DNA of 64,000 nucleotides, taken from the NCBI GenBank assembly GCA_039803205.1, contig JBDRYB010000001.1, forward strand, positions 75,315 to 139,314. The letters run 5' to 3'. The stretch's first letter is position 1; every line of letters begins with the position of its first letter. This document shows, one piece after another, positions 1-10,438 of the stretch. Both the position numbers and the translations under genes were made by a program. The notes beneath the pieces are model-generated. The model was not told the origin of the DNA. It ran no database searches and worked only from the letters and a program-made list of their open reading frames with translations. Source of the DNA: a candidate division WOR-3 bacterium (GTDB taxonomy: Bacteria; Hydrothermota; Hydrothermia; JBDRYB01).

Positions 1-536
1 CCAACGCCTTCGCGCACATGGTTCGGGTGATAAAGGAACGCTTCGGGATAAAGAGGGGCCTAATGACCACGGTCCACGCCTACACAAACGATCAACGCAT
101 ACTTGACTCGCCCCACAAGGACCTGAGAAGGGCCAGGTCCGCTGGCATATCCATAATCCCCACATCAACCGGAGCGGCAAAGGCGATAACCATAATATAC
201 CCAGAGCTCAAAGGAAAGCTTGACGCTGTCGCCCTGAGGGTCCCAACCCAGGACGCTTCCCTCGTTGATTTCGCGGTTGAGGTTGAGAGGCCAACCACAC
301 CTGAGGAGGTCAATGAGGCATTCCGGGCCTACGCAGATGCAAATCCAAAATACATGGGGATAGCCGAGGACGAGCTCGTCTCCATAGACATAGTTGGGGA
401 GCGCAGGTCCGTAATATTTGACCCGTTCCTCACCCAGGTGGTTGACGGAACGCTCGTGAAGGTATTCGGCTGGTATGACAACGAGTGGGGCTATTCCGAG
501 AGGGTCGTTGATCTGGCCGAGCACATGCTGAAATAA
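1..536 (+). CDS. gap: Glyceraldehyde-3-phosphate dehydrogenase, C-terminal part (5' truncated by window edge)
   Basis: MTTVHAYTNDQ, DLRRAR, IIPTSTGAAKA, RVPT and WYDNEWGYS motifs. Confidence 0.97.
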   Translation, partial: NAFAHMVRVIKERFGIKRGLMTTVHAYTNDQRILDSPHKDLRRARSAGISIIPTSTGAAKAITIIYPELKGKLDAVALRVPTQDASLVDFAVEVERPTTPEEVNEAFRAYADANPKYMGIAEDELVSIDIVGERRSVIFDPFLTQVVDGTLVKVFGWYDNEWGYSERVVDLAEHMLK

Positions 537-538
537 CC

Positions 539-1885
539 TTGATAGCTTCTTGGAAACCAGGGAGGGATGTTCGTTATCATCCCTCCCTTTCTCACGCCTT
601 GGGGTCTGGAGCACCCCTCATACTTTCCCTGGACGGAGGCGCTTCCCTCTTCAAGGGTTCGCTTGACCGATTTCTCGTTGAGCTTCAGAAGCCAGGCGTC
701 TCACTCGCTTACTCCTCATACGAAACGGATTCCGGCGCGGTTGAGGCAATGCCCTTTAATCGCGACATAACCGAGCGCTTCCCATTTGGGCCGGTAAGGG
801 CTTACCTCTCGGAAAAACTCATGGGAACCGGGGCAGAGGGGTTCACATATGCGTGGGAATACCACGCGAGGCTGGTTCTTGAGGAGCGAGGGCTTTTGCC
901 ATCAGCGATCCCGGAGCCCCTCTACTTTTACGAGCCGGATCTGAGACCGAGGCCGGACCTCAGGGAGTATTGGGACAAGGGTGAAAGGGGTTCTCATGAC
1001 CTCTGGGAACCCTTCTCTTACCTGAATTATCCCCCGGAGGCGGACTCGGAGATCCGCGAAGTCTTCTACGCTATGCTCAGGAGGCGAGAGGCCTTCCTTG
1101 AGGATTTTGAGCCTGAGAGAAGATTTCCGCCCGGCAAAGGGGACTACAAACTCATGGCTTCTGTGGTGATCCCCGTCAGAAACAGGGAGCAGTTTATTGG
1201 CCGAGCAATTGAATCCGCTCTCGCTCAGGACTTCTCAGACTACGAGGTTATCGTTGTTGACAACGCATCGGAGGACAAAACAAGGGATGTCGTGAGGAAT
1301 TTTGACGATCCCAGGCTCCGGTTGATAGAGAACCCAAATGGCTCAATTGCTTTTGCTCTGAACACTGGCCTCAGGGCCGCGAGGGGAAAATACATTCTGC
1401 AGCTTGACTCGGATGACGCGTATGCCCCGGAGACCGTGCGCATCATGGTTGGTTTCATGGAGGCGCACCCGGAGTGCGGCCTTGCCATATCCTATTATCA
1501 GATAACCGACGAAAACCTAAATCCCCTGCCGGGCGGCATAGTTAGGCATCTGGAATACGACAGGAACAACATACTGAGGTGCGAGGGCGCTGGTGCTGTT
1601 CGCTGTTGGAGAAAGGAAGTATTGCTTGAGATAGGTGGTTTTGACGAGGAGTTCGGGATGTATGGTGAGGATTACGATGCTGTCATAAAGGTCTCTGAGA
1701 GATACGATGTCTGCCGCGTTCACGAGGTCCTTTACTTCTACAGGAGACACAAGGGCTCTCAGGATGTTGTCCAGTCCAGGTCCCATAGGCTTGATGCTAA
1801 GACCAGAATAAGGTTAAGAGCCATAGAAAGAAGAAGGGCGCTGGTCAAGAGCCGTGAAGCTAGAGGATATTCCAAAGATACTTGA
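539..1885 (+). CDS. Glycosyltransferase family 2 with a degenerate N-terminal domain
   Basis: SVVIPVRN, VIVVDNASED, LDSDD and GEDYD GT-A motifs in the C-terminal half; TTG start uncertain. Confidence 0.9.
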   Translation: MIASWKPGRDVRYHPSLSHALGSGAPLILSLDGGASLFKGSLDRFLVELQKPGVSLAYSSYETDSGAVEAMPFNRDITERFPFGPVRAYLSEKLMGTGAEGFTYAWEYHARLVLEERGLLPSAIPEPLYFYEPDLRPRPDLREYWDKGERGSHDLWEPFSYLNYPPEADSEIREVFYAMLRRREAFLEDFEPERRFPPGKGDYKLMASVVIPVRNREQFIGRAIESALAQDFSDYEVIVVDNASEDKTRDVVRNFDDPRLRLIENPNGSIAFALNTGLRAARGKYILQLDSDDAYAPETVRIMVGFMEAHPECGLAISYYQITDENLNPLPGGIVRHLEYDRNNILRCEGAGAVRCWRKEVLLEIGGFDEEFGMYGEDYDAVIKVSERYDVCRVHEVLYFYRRHKGSQDVVQSRSHRLDAKTRIRLRAIERRRALVKSREARGYSKDT

Positions 1886-2507
1886 GGCCAGATACGGAAG
1901 GCCTAAGAGAAAGCCAAAGCCCCTCCTTGATTGTCTGGTGAGGACCATACTTTCTCAGAACACAAACGATAAGCTCAGGGATGAGGCGTATTCCCAGCTC
2001 CTCAAGAGGTTCGGCTCCTGGAAAGAGGCGCGCGAGGCCACGGTTTCGGAAATAGCGCGCGCCATAAGGGTAGCAGGACTACACAAACAAAAGGCCAGGG
2101 CCATAAAGGCTCTCATTGAACTGGCCTCAGCCTACGGATACGATCTCTCTTTCGTGAGCGAAATGGATCCGGACCAAGCTTATGCCTTCCTCAGAAAGAT
2201 CAGGGGTATAGGTGACAAGACCGCGAAGGTTTGCCTTCTTTTCTCTTTCGGAATGCCATTTTTCCCCGTTGATACGCACATAAACCGCGTCGCTAAAAGG
2301 ATAGGCTTGGCCCATAAAAACTGGACGAGGGAAAGGGTTTCCGAACGCCTTGAGAGGCTCTTTGAGCCGAGAGATTACTATTCTCTGCATCTAAACCTGA
2401 TAGAACTGGGGCGCGATCTCTGCAAGCCGCGCGAGCCGAGGTGCGGGGAGTGCCCGATTAGGGCGGTCTGCTCTTTTGGGAAACGCTCTTCAGGGTCCCC
2501 AGTTTGA
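1854..2507 (+). CDS. nth: Endonuclease III (HhH-GPD, 4Fe-4S)
   Basis: ILSQNT, GIGDKTA, PVDTHINRV, CxxxxPxCxxCPxxxxC. Confidence 0.93.
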   Translation: MKLEDIPKILEARYGRPKRKPKPLLDCLVRTILSQNTNDKLRDEAYSQLLKRFGSWKEAREATVSEIARAIRVAGLHKQKARAIKALIELASAYGYDLSFVSEMDPDQAYAFLRKIRGIGDKTAKVCLLFSFGMPFFPVDTHINRVAKRIGLAHKNWTRERVSERLERLFEPRDYYSLHLNLIELGRDLCKPREPRCGECPIRAVCSFGKRSSGSPV

Positions 2508-2515
2508 GGGCCCGG

Positions 2516-3493
2516 TTAATGTCCCGCAAAATGGTCATAACCCGAGGATGCTAGGCTCTTCTCAGTCCCGTTAACTATTATTCTGGAGTCCGGCCTCCCC
2601 TCCCTCGCTGAACCCACCACAGTCGCGGGGAAATTCAGCTTTGAGAGCCAGGCCTCGTCCTTCGGGCTTATGGCAAGAAGAACCTCGTATTCCTCCCCAG
2701 ACTCTAAGGCGAGCTCCCACGGAGGCTTCTTCGCCCTCTCGGCTATAACCTTCACGGAATCATCTATGGGAAGACGATTGATGTCTATGACAACCTCAAC
2801 CTCTGAGGCAATAGCGAGCCTCCAGGAATCAACTCCGAGGCCATCGGATATATCTATTGCCGCGTGGAGCTCCACATCCATGGCAAGGCGCTGTATCTGC
2901 CTTATGGCTGGCCATGGACGGGCAAACTTCTCCCGAAGGCGCCTGAGCCACGGTTCGTATCCTCGCGTTACTCCCATCTCCTCAGCAAGGAGCCAACCCC
3001 TAACCCTTCCTATGTCCCCCGTGATGACCAGGAGGTCTCCGGGCTGGACGCCTCTCCTGGTTATTGCCTTGCCTTTCGCTATCTCGCCTATGACCACAAC
3101 GGAGAGCCCAAGCTTCTCCCCCCTAGAGAGATTTCCGCCGCACGGCGAGATGCAGAACGCTGACATCAACTCCTCCATTCCCTCGTATATCTCGGATGCC
3201 CTGCCCGCGAGCCTCTTCGGAAGCTGGATGTCAACCAGGAATGTGATGGGTTCCGCGCCCACTGCCGCGAGGTCGCTGAGAGCACCAGCCAGGGCCCTGT
3301 GTCCTATCTCCCTGAGGGTCAGGACATCAAGGGTAAAGTGCACATCCTCATGCGATGAATCAACGGAAACAGCCAGCTCCTTGCCCGGTATTTCAAGGAT
3401 AATGGCGGTGTCGTCTCCTGGCCCCAGGGAAACCCTCGGATGCTCCCTGAAGAATGTTGCGAGACTGGTTACTATCTCATCTTCTCTGATCAT
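2516..3493 (-). CDS. thiL: Thiamine-monophosphate kinase
   Basis: GPGDDTA, LSDLAAVGA, DISDGL, GEEYEVL. Confidence 0.95.
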   Translation of the reverse strand: MIREDEIVTSLATFFREHPRVSLGPGDDTAIILEIPGKELAVSVDSSHEDVHFTLDVLTLREIGHRALAGALSDLAAVGAEPITFLVDIQLPKRLAGRASEIYEGMEELMSAFCISPCGGNLSRGEKLGLSVVVIGEIAKGKAITRRGVQPGDLLVITGDIGRVRGWLLAEEMGVTRGYEPWLRRLREKFARPWPAIRQIQRLAMDVELHAAIDISDGLGVDSWRLAIASEVEVVIDINRLPIDDSVKVIAERAKKPPWELALESGEEYEVLLAISPKDEAWLSKLNFPATVVGSAREGRPDSRIIVNGTEKSLASSGYDHFAGH

Positions 3494-4317
3494 AGCTCTT
3501 TCAAGGCCTTATCTAGCTGTTCCTTACTTGGTGCTATCCCGTGCCAGCTGGGGTCGTCCTCCATGAATGAGACACCCTTGCCCTTTACGGTCCTAGCCCT
3601 TACGAACACGGGCCCAAGACCGTAATCCCTCGCCCAGGCCAGCGTTTCTATGAGCTCGCGAAGGTCGTGCCCATCAACAGAACGGGTCTCCCAGCCGAAT
3701 GCCCTGAACTTCTCCTCTATTGGCTCCATGCAAAGCACATCCGAACACCTTCCCTCTATCTGAAGCCCATTATGGTCAAGTATGGCGATGATGTTCCCTA
3801 GGCGGTAATGAGAGGCCGAGGCCGCTGCCTCCCAGACCTGGCCCTCGCCCAGCTCCCCATCTCCCAAAAGCACGAAAACCTTAGCCGGATTTCTGTCCAG
3901 GCGCAATGCCAGCGCCATCCCGACCGCGAAAGAGAAGCCCTGGCCCAGAGACCCTGTGGATGCCTCCACCCCCGGAACCGACCGGAAGTGCGGATGGCCC
4001 TGCAATAGGGAACCGGGTTTCCTCAGAGTCGCCAGGAGCTCGCGAGGGAAATAGCCACACCTCGCCAAGACCGCGTATAACCCGGGAACAGCGTGGCCCT
4101 TTGAGAGGATGAACCTGTCCCTCTCCGACCACCAGGGTTCATGAGGCCTGTGGTTCATGACGGCCCTGTAGAGAGCGAGGAGTATCTCAACCTCAGAGAG
4201 CGAGCCACCCGGATGGCCAGAACCAGCCTCAGCGAGCATAACGAGGATGTCCCGGCGTATGAGCCTCGCCTCCTCCTGGAGCTCTTCAATGGATGGCGAG
4301 AGGTTTCCCTTTTTCAC
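3490..4317 (-). CDS. Transketolase, N-terminal (TPP-binding) subunit of the split type
   Basis: SGHPGGSLS, DRFILSKGH, STGSLGQG, GDGELGEGQVWEA; 275 aa. Confidence 0.95.
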   Translation of the reverse strand: MKKGNLSPSIEELQEEARLIRRDILVMLAEAGSGHPGGSLSEVEILLALYRAVMNHRPHEPWWSERDRFILSKGHAVPGLYAVLARCGYFPRELLATLRKPGSLLQGHPHFRSVPGVEASTGSLGQGFSFAVGMALALRLDRNPAKVFVLLGDGELGEGQVWEAAASASHYRLGNIIAILDHNGLQIEGRCSDVLCMEPIEEKFRAFGWETRSVDGHDLRELIETLAWARDYGLGPVFVRARTVKGKGVSFMEDDPSWHGIAPSKEQLDKALKEL

Positions 4318-4334
4318 GAGCGGATGGCGAGCAC

Positions 4335-5702
4335 TTAGAACTCCGTGGAGCTTGTGAACCTGAATCTCCTGAGCTTCACCGAAGGGAGGGTGTCCCCTGA
4401 GGGGAAGTGAAGATCATACCAGGATGTTCCACCAACTAGGACCTGATCAGAGCCCGGCTCCGCGTCCGAGAGGGCCTCAAGCATGTTCTGGGTGAAGCGC
4501 ATGTTCCTGAGCGCCTTCGTTATCTTGCCGTCTTCTATGAGGAAAAGCCCATCCCTCGTCATCCCCGTTAGGGTAAAGCTCATGGGTTCAGCGACATTCA
4601 CATACCACAGCTTTGTTATCAGTATTCCCCTCTCGGTCTCGGATATGAGCTCATCCCTGGTTTTGGTTCCGGGTTTCACAACGATGTTCATGGCATACGG
4701 GTAGTTTCCAAAAGGAATAACGCCGTTTCCGGTTGATTCCTTGCCCTCTGCGGCCGCGCACTTGAGGTCATAAAGTAGGTTAACGGGAACGCCCCTCTCA
4801 ACGAGAGGGAATGGTTTTCTGGCAACCCCTTCCATGTCAAATGGGTATGGGAATCCCTGGGTTGGGTCCTCCCATATCTCTATATGCTCCGAGAATATAC
4901 GCTTCCCCATCTTGTCCTTGAGGAAGCTCCTTCCTTCCTGAAAGGCCCTCGCAGAGAAACCCATCCAATTGGCGAATGCGATGATCTCCGAGACGGCCAA
5001 GGGCTCCAGCACAACCTCATACTCGCCCGGGGAGATGTCCTCAGGGTTCTCGGTCATCTCAGCCCTCATCCTGGCTTTTTCAGCAACCCTCCTCGGTTCA
5101 ACATCCCGGATCCTCACCGAAGATTCCTGACCCCAGGAGGATGCGAGACCCCTCATTGGGTTTATTGAGAAGTGAGCATCAGTCATCCTGTGATAAAGCC
5201 GAAGCCCTCTGGAATTGGCGATAACTATCTCCACCGAGCCCTTTGAGAATGAGCCGTATCCCTCGTATGGGCCGAGCACCCTAACGGCATCTGAGACCTT
5301 CTGGCCCATGTATTCAGGGGGAGTCTCAGCGGTTTCCTCGTCAAACGCCCAAGGAACCCGATCCGGCTCCGAATGGCTAAGCGGCTCCGGAAGGTCCTGC
5401 TCAGGGCTATGGGACGCCACATCTCTTGCGCTAGAGATGAGCCTACTCAGAGCCTCATGCTCATCCGAGTTTATCCAAGCGACCCCTACCCGTTTTCCGT
5501 ATCTCACTCTGAGACCAATGCTCAGGTTCCTGATGGCGACATTCTGGTGAACCCTGGAACCCGAAAACCTCGTCAGGATGCTATCCTCGCTCAGGATAAC
5601 GATCTCAGAGGTATCCGCATCCGAAAGCCTAAGAACAGCATCAGCCAGCCCAAACAGCCTGTCAGGCCCGTAAAGACTGTTCAAAACCCTTTTCATTTCC
5701 AT
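4335..5702 (-). CDS. TldD/PmbA family protein
   Basis: PGEYEVVLEP, PFDMEG, STGNG, LTGMTRDGLFLIEDG, NMRF. Confidence 0.9.
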   Translation of the reverse strand: MEMKRVLNSLYGPDRLFGLADAVLRLSDADTSEIVILSEDSILTRFSGSRVHQNVAIRNLSIGLRVRYGKRVGVAWINSDEHEALSRLISSARDVASHSPEQDLPEPLSHSEPDRVPWAFDEETAETPPEYMGQKVSDAVRVLGPYEGYGSFSKGSVEIVIANSRGLRLYHRMTDAHFSINPMRGLASSWGQESSVRIRDVEPRRVAEKARMRAEMTENPEDISPGEYEVVLEPLAVSEIIAFANWMGFSARAFQEGRSFLKDKMGKRIFSEHIEIWEDPTQGFPYPFDMEGVARKPFPLVERGVPVNLLYDLKCAAAEGKESTGNGVIPFGNYPYAMNIVVKPGTKTRDELISETERGILITKLWYVNVAEPMSFTLTGMTRDGLFLIEDGKITKALRNMRFTQNMLEALSDAEPGSDQVLVGGTSWYDLHFPSGDTLPSVKLRRFRFTSSTEF

Positions 5703-6945
5703 CTATCCATACCCTCTTTGGTTTTGCTTTAAGCGTTTTCCCCAAAAACGGGGTGTTCCTTGAACGGGAAGCGAGATCCCTCACCTCCCACTCCTCGTTC
5801 AGATCCCACGCTACGAGATCAGCCAGCGCGCCCTCTCTGATGTGCCCGATATCCTCAATGCCGAGAACCCTTGCCGGGCCAACCGTGAGCGCCTCAACGA
5901 GGCGCTCCAGGGTTATGCGTCCTGGTATAACGAGGTCAGTATAAAGCGCGGAAAAGGCCAGCTCAAGCCAGATCATCCCCGGAGCCGCGAGTGGAAACTC
6001 ATATTCCTTGTCCAAGGGGGAATGCGGCGCGTGATCCGTTGCGATGGCGTCTAGGGTCCCATCGCAAAGCGCTTCTATGAGCGCGGAGCGGTCCCGCTCC
6101 TCCCTGAGGGGCGGGTTCACCTTATAGACGGTATCATATGTTTCCAAAAGCTCGTATGTGAAGAGGAGATGGTGGGGCGTAACCTCAGCGGAAACAGGAA
6201 GCCCCACATCCTTTGCCCTCCTTACGAGCTCAACTGACCCAACGGATGATATGTGTTGCAAGTGAAGCCTCGCACCAGTGAGCCCGCAGAGAAAGAGATC
6301 CCTTGAGACCGCTATGTCCTCGGCCTCCCGAGGAGCTGTCTCAAAACCGAGCTTCAGGGTAATGGGTCCCTCGTGCGCGCAAGCGTCCCCCGAGAGGGTT
6401 TTGTCCTCAGGGTGGGATGCTATTACCCCCCCGATACCCGAGGCGTATTCAAGGGCTCTTCGCATCACGGAGGAGGACGAAACCCAGCTCCCGTCGTCAG
6501 TGAACATTAGGGCCCCCTCCATGGCCATGAGGCCCATCTCCGCCAGCTCCTTCCCTTCCCTGGCCTTGGTTATTGCGCCTGCTGGGAGAACCCTCGCTAG
6601 ATCAGCCTCCCTTGCTCTCTTGATTATGAACTTTACCCCCTCAGGGCCGTCAATTGGCGGCTGGGTGTTTGGCATTGAAACTATTGTTGTGTAACCTCCG
6701 CGAACAGCAGACAAGGCTCCTGTCTCTATGGTCTCCTTGTATTCTTCTCCCGGCTCCCTCAGGTGCGCGTGCAGGTCAACGAAACCAGGCATTAGGGTCA
6801 GGCCAGAGAGATCAACGACCTCGTGGCCTCCAGGGTTAATCTCCCCTATCTGAGATATCCTCCCGTTCTCCACGAGGACATCGCCCTTCCGGTCAACTCC
6901 ATCGCCCGGAGAAAAAAGCCTCGCTCCTTTAAGCAGAAGACCCAT
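5662..6945 (-). CDS. pyrC: Dihydroorotase (class I)
   Basis: PGFVDLHAHLREPG, MPNT, KVNPPLR, IATDHAPH; start moved to the ATG at 6945 behind a GGAGG RBS. Confidence 0.96.
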   Translation of the reverse strand: MGLLLKGARLFSPGDGVDRKGDVLVENGRISQIGEINPGGHEVVDLSGLTLMPGFVDLHAHLREPGEEYKETIETGALSAVRGGYTTIVSMPNTQPPIDGPEGVKFIIKRAREADLARVLPAGAITKAREGKELAEMGLMAMEGALMFTDDGSWVSSSSVMRRALEYASGIGGVIASHPEDKTLSGDACAHEGPITLKLGFETAPREAEDIAVSRDLFLCGLTGARLHLQHISSVGSVELVRRAKDVGLPVSAEVTPHHLLFTYELLETYDTVYKVNPPLREERDRSALIEALCDGTLDAIATDHAPHSPLDKEYEFPLAAPGMIWLELAFSALYTDLVIPGRITLERLVEALTVGPARVLGIEDIGHIREGALADLVAWDLNEEWEVRDLASRSRNTPFLGKTLKAKPKRVWIDGNEKGFEQSLRA

Positions 6946-7879
6946 TTGATTCCTCCTTTGAACCTGCAAGAAGAAGGTAAAGAATTGCCATTCTTATCGC
7001 TACCCCGTTTGTTACCTGGTCAAGTATGACGGTCTTAACCATCTCCGGAACCCTTGGATCAAGCTCAACCTCCCAATTAACCGGCCCTGGATGCATGAGT
7101 ATCACGCCCTCTTTTGCTCTCGCTATCCTTTCCGCGGTTATCCCGAAAAGCCTCCTGTATTCCCGGACCGAGGGGAAGAAGCTCGCAGAGAGCCTTTCTC
7201 GTTGTATCCTCAAGGCCATTATCACATCGGCTTTAGGTATCTCAGCATCTATGTCCCACGAGACCTCAGCGCCCAAACCCCTGAACTCCTCAGGAACCAG
7301 GGGCCTCGGCCCGCAGAGGACGACATTCGCTCCCCAAGCCCTCATCCCAAAAATGTTGCTCCTGGCAACCCGGGAATGGAGTATATCGCCCACAATGAGG
7401 ACCCTCTTGCCGGAGAAATCGCCCATCTCCCTCATCAGGGTGAACATATCAAGGAGGGCTTGGGTTGGGTGCTCGTGAAGCCCATCTCCGGCGTTTATCA
7501 CGGATGCCTGGGTGTGCCTCGCGAGGAAGTGAGGAGCGCCCGGCGCGGAGTGTCTTATCACCACAGCGTCTATCTTCATCGCGTCTATGTTTCTCAGCGT
7601 ATCAAGGAGGGTTTCGCCCTTCTCAACGGATGAGCCCTTTTTTGAGACAGAAACCGTGTCAGCTGAGAGCCTTTTTGCCGCGAGGTCAAAAGAGGCCTGG
7701 GTTCTCGTTGATGCCTCAAAGAACATGTTCAATATGGTCTTTCCCCTCAGGGTCGGGAGTTTTCTGATTGGCCTATCGAGGAACTCCCTGAAGGTCTCAG
7801 CGGTTGAGAAGATGAGCTCCAGCTCTGGTTTCGTTATTCCTTCCAGTCCAACTAGGTCCTTGGAAAAGAGGGTCTCCAT
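6929..7879 (-). CDS. pyrB: Aspartate carbamoyltransferase catalytic subunit
   Basis: FFEASTRT, HEHPTQALLD, GDILHSRVARSN, HPGP; start at ATG 7879 inferred. Confidence 0.97.
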   Translation of the reverse strand: METLFSKDLVGLEGITKPELELIFSTAETFREFLDRPIRKLPTLRGKTILNMFFEASTRTQASFDLAAKRLSADTVSVSKKGSSVEKGETLLDTLRNIDAMKIDAVVIRHSAPGAPHFLARHTQASVINAGDGLHEHPTQALLDMFTLMREMGDFSGKRVLIVGDILHSRVARSNIFGMRAWGANVVLCGPRPLVPEEFRGLGAEVSWDIDAEIPKADVIMALRIQRERLSASFFPSVREYRRLFGITAERIARAKEGVILMHPGPVNWEVELDPRVPEMVKTVILDQVTNGVAIRMAILYLLLAGSKEESNGSSA

Positions 7880-7953
7880 CAAAAGCAAATGATAACCCAG
7901 ACGCAGGCGGCCGTTCAAGTTTATTGCGCCAGAGCCTGCCGAGGGATTAGAAT

Positions 7954-10374
7954 ATGGCGCGGATGGATTGGCTTTTGCCCCTCCTATACATACTCATTCT
8001 GATCGCGGTTCCTTGGGTCCTTCTCGCCGGCAAAAGGGAGCGCATATATCACCTTGTTGCGACGCTCTACATTCTCGTCGGGATATTCCTGTTAATAAGC
8101 CTCATCTCATACAGGCCGTCTGCCCAGCCCTATCAGAACTGGGGAGGGTTTGTTGGCCACTACTCAGGCGCCGCACTCTACGGTTCGGTCGGGCTTATAA
8201 CTGGCCTCGCCCTCGTGTGCCTCTCGTTCGTCGTTGGCGGCCTCCATTTTGCGAAGAGGCTCAGCCTGGGAAACCTTCTGAGAGGTTTCGGGGTGCTCGC
8301 GGCCTTCATATGCATAACATCCATGTTTCCTTCAACCGGCGGAACCGTCCAAAAGGGGTTATCGGGGTGGTTGGCTGGGCTTTTGGGCTGGGGAAGGTTC
8401 CTCCTACTTGGTTTCCTTTTCTTCGCTTTTCTATGGCCATTCTGGTGGCTAGTGAGGCCGGTCAAGGAGGGAATGGCAAGATTATTCAGCCGGATCAGGT
8501 GGCCGAATACCAGAAATAGAAGGGGATCAACCACAGAGATTTTTGAGATCAAGCCAAGGCCATCCGATAGGATAGAGAGCAGAATAGTGAAGGCCGAAAA
8601 GCCCGCGGATGCCCCTCAAAACGAACCGGAGGAGGAAACCGAAACCATTCTCGGGACAGTCTGGGATGCACCGCCAGAGGAAAAGCCTGAGCAGACAGAA
8701 CCCTCTTATTACTCAGGCCAGAATCTAGACCCAATAACCCTTCTCTCCCTTTTCAACGAGCCTCCGGCCGTAAAAGAGATGGACGACTCAGAGGCCAAAA
8801 GGATAGCAGGCCTGATAACCGAGCGCCTGAAGGAGTTCGGGGTTGAGGGGAAGATCGTTGATTACAAGAAGGGCCCGGTCGTAACCAGATACGAGTATGA
8901 GCCAGCCCCAGGGATAAAGCTCTCAAGGGTCGTTGGGCTCGCGGATGACCTCGCTCTGAGGATAAAGGCGCTCTCCGTGAGGATGGTCGCCCCTTTGCCC
9001 GGAAAGGGGCTTATCGGCATAGAGGTCCCGAACCCAAAGAGGAGGGTTGTTTATTTTAGGGAGCTAGCTGAGAGGGAGGAGTTTCTCAGGGCATCAGATC
9101 CCCTGACATTCGCTCTCGGGGTTGACCCAGGGGGAGAGCCCAAATACGAATCCCTCTCAAGGATGCCCCACCTACTCATAGCCGGGACAACTGGTTCAGG
9201 CAAGTCCGTCTGCATAAACACCATACTCTCCTGCTTCCTCATGGCTTACAGGCACAGGGATATGAGGCTTATACTCGTTGACCCGAAGAGGGTTGAGCTC
9301 TCCTTCTACGAAGGGGTCCCGCACCTCCTCATGCCAGTGATAAAGGACAGAAAGCAGGCAGGAGAAGCCCTGAAAAAGGCCGTGGCCTGGATGGAGATAA
9401 GATACAGGCACTTTGCCAGGGAAGGGGTAAGGGACATAGAGAGCCACAACAGGACAGCCCCATCAAGGGGGGACGACCCTATCCCATACATAGTCATAGT
9501 CATAGACGAGTTCTCCGACCTCATGCTCACGATGGGGAAGGAGGTTGAGGAACCGCTTGCCAGGCTCGCGCAGATGGCAAGGGCTGTTGGGATCCACCTA
9601 GTTGTAGCTACCCAGCGCCCATCAGTTGATGTGATAACAGGAATAATAAAGGCGAACTTTCCCGTCAGAATAGCGTTCAAGGTCCCATCAAGGGTTGACT
9701 CAAGGACAATACTTGATGAGATGGGCGCTGAGAAACTGCTGGGCAAAGGGGACATGCTGTTTATTCCTCCTGGATCAGCAGAACCAACGAGACTCCACGG
9801 CCCATTTGTCTCCGAAGAGGAAACCACCCGTCTCGCGTCAGCTCTCACCCTTGACTACCTTAACCACAGGCTCGGCGAGGCATTCGGAAAGATCAGCGAG
9901 GTCTACGATTGGGCCGCCTGGATAGTGAACGAGGGGCTTACGCCGGCTCTGACGAGGGAGGATGAGCCCGGAGCAGAGGACAGGCTCTCTATGATCGCGG
10001 AACGCGGGGCCAGGGTTTTGGGCAAGAATCAGGAGGATATAACCGAAGAGCTCCTCAACATAAGAAACACATATTACATGCCCATAGAGGAGATGGAGGA
10101 GGCGCCAATAGAGACCCTCTCTGAGGAAGGCGTCACCATCTCGGGCGAGCTAGATCCTCTATTGCCGGAAGCGGCTCGTCTCATTGTCTCCAGGGGCCAG
10201 GGGAGCGCGACAATGCTCCAGAGGAAAATAAAGGTGGGTTTCGCGAGGGCCGCGCGCATAATGGATCAGCTGGAGGAGCTCGGGATAGTTGAGCCGGGCG
10301 AGGGAACCAAGTCCCGAAGGCCCATCATCTCCCTGGAGGAATTAGAGGCAAAGCTCAGGAGCTTGGGCCTATAG
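7954..10374 (+). CDS. ftsK: DNA translocase FtsK/SpoIIIE
   Basis: N-terminal TM segments, HLLIAGTTGSGKS, IDEFSDLM, ATQRPSVDVITG, C-terminal gamma domain (LQRKIKVGFARAARIMD). Confidence 0.97.
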   Translation: MARMDWLLPLLYILILIAVPWVLLAGKRERIYHLVATLYILVGIFLLISLISYRPSAQPYQNWGGFVGHYSGAALYGSVGLITGLALVCLSFVVGGLHFAKRLSLGNLLRGFGVLAAFICITSMFPSTGGTVQKGLSGWLAGLLGWGRFLLLGFLFFAFLWPFWWLVRPVKEGMARLFSRIRWPNTRNRRGSTTEIFEIKPRPSDRIESRIVKAEKPADAPQNEPEEETETILGTVWDAPPEEKPEQTEPSYYSGQNLDPITLLSLFNEPPAVKEMDDSEAKRIAGLITERLKEFGVEGKIVDYKKGPVVTRYEYEPAPGIKLSRVVGLADDLALRIKALSVRMVAPLPGKGLIGIEVPNPKRRVVYFRELAEREEFLRASDPLTFALGVDPGGEPKYESLSRMPHLLIAGTTGSGKSVCINTILSCFLMAYRHRDMRLILVDPKRVELSFYEGVPHLLMPVIKDRKQAGEALKKAVAWMEIRYRHFAREGVRDIESHNRTAPSRGDDPIPYIVIVIDEFSDLMLTMGKEVEEPLARLAQMARAVGIHLVVATQRPSVDVITGIIKANFPVRIAFKVPSRVDSRTILDEMGAEKLLGKGDMLFIPPGSAEPTRLHGPFVSEEETTRLASALTLDYLNHRLGEAFGKISEVYDWAAWIVNEGLTPALTREDEPGAEDRLSMIAERGARVLGKNQEDITEELLNIRNTYYMPIEEMEEAPIETLSEEGVTISGELDPLLPEAARLIVSRGQGSATMLQRKIKVGFARAARIMDQLEELGIVEPGEGTKSRRPIISLEELEAKLRSLGL

Positions 10375-10438
10375 GGTGCATCTCACGAAAGGTTGGGGAG
10401 CTTGATCCGCGCCGGCGTCCGGGCTATAATTATGGCCT

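Noticed and set aside
2670..3566. 298-aa plus-strand ORF and similar long antisense ORFs (e.g. 9306-9848, 12695-13249, 29907-30500, 43566-44138)
   Set aside because: They are shadows of clearly recognisable genes on the opposite strand and carry no family motifs.
3490..7953. TPP riboswitch for thiL or PyrR attenuator for pyrB
   Set aside because: thiL is translationally coupled to the upstream gene, and the pyrB upstream region is only about 75 bp with no such motif.
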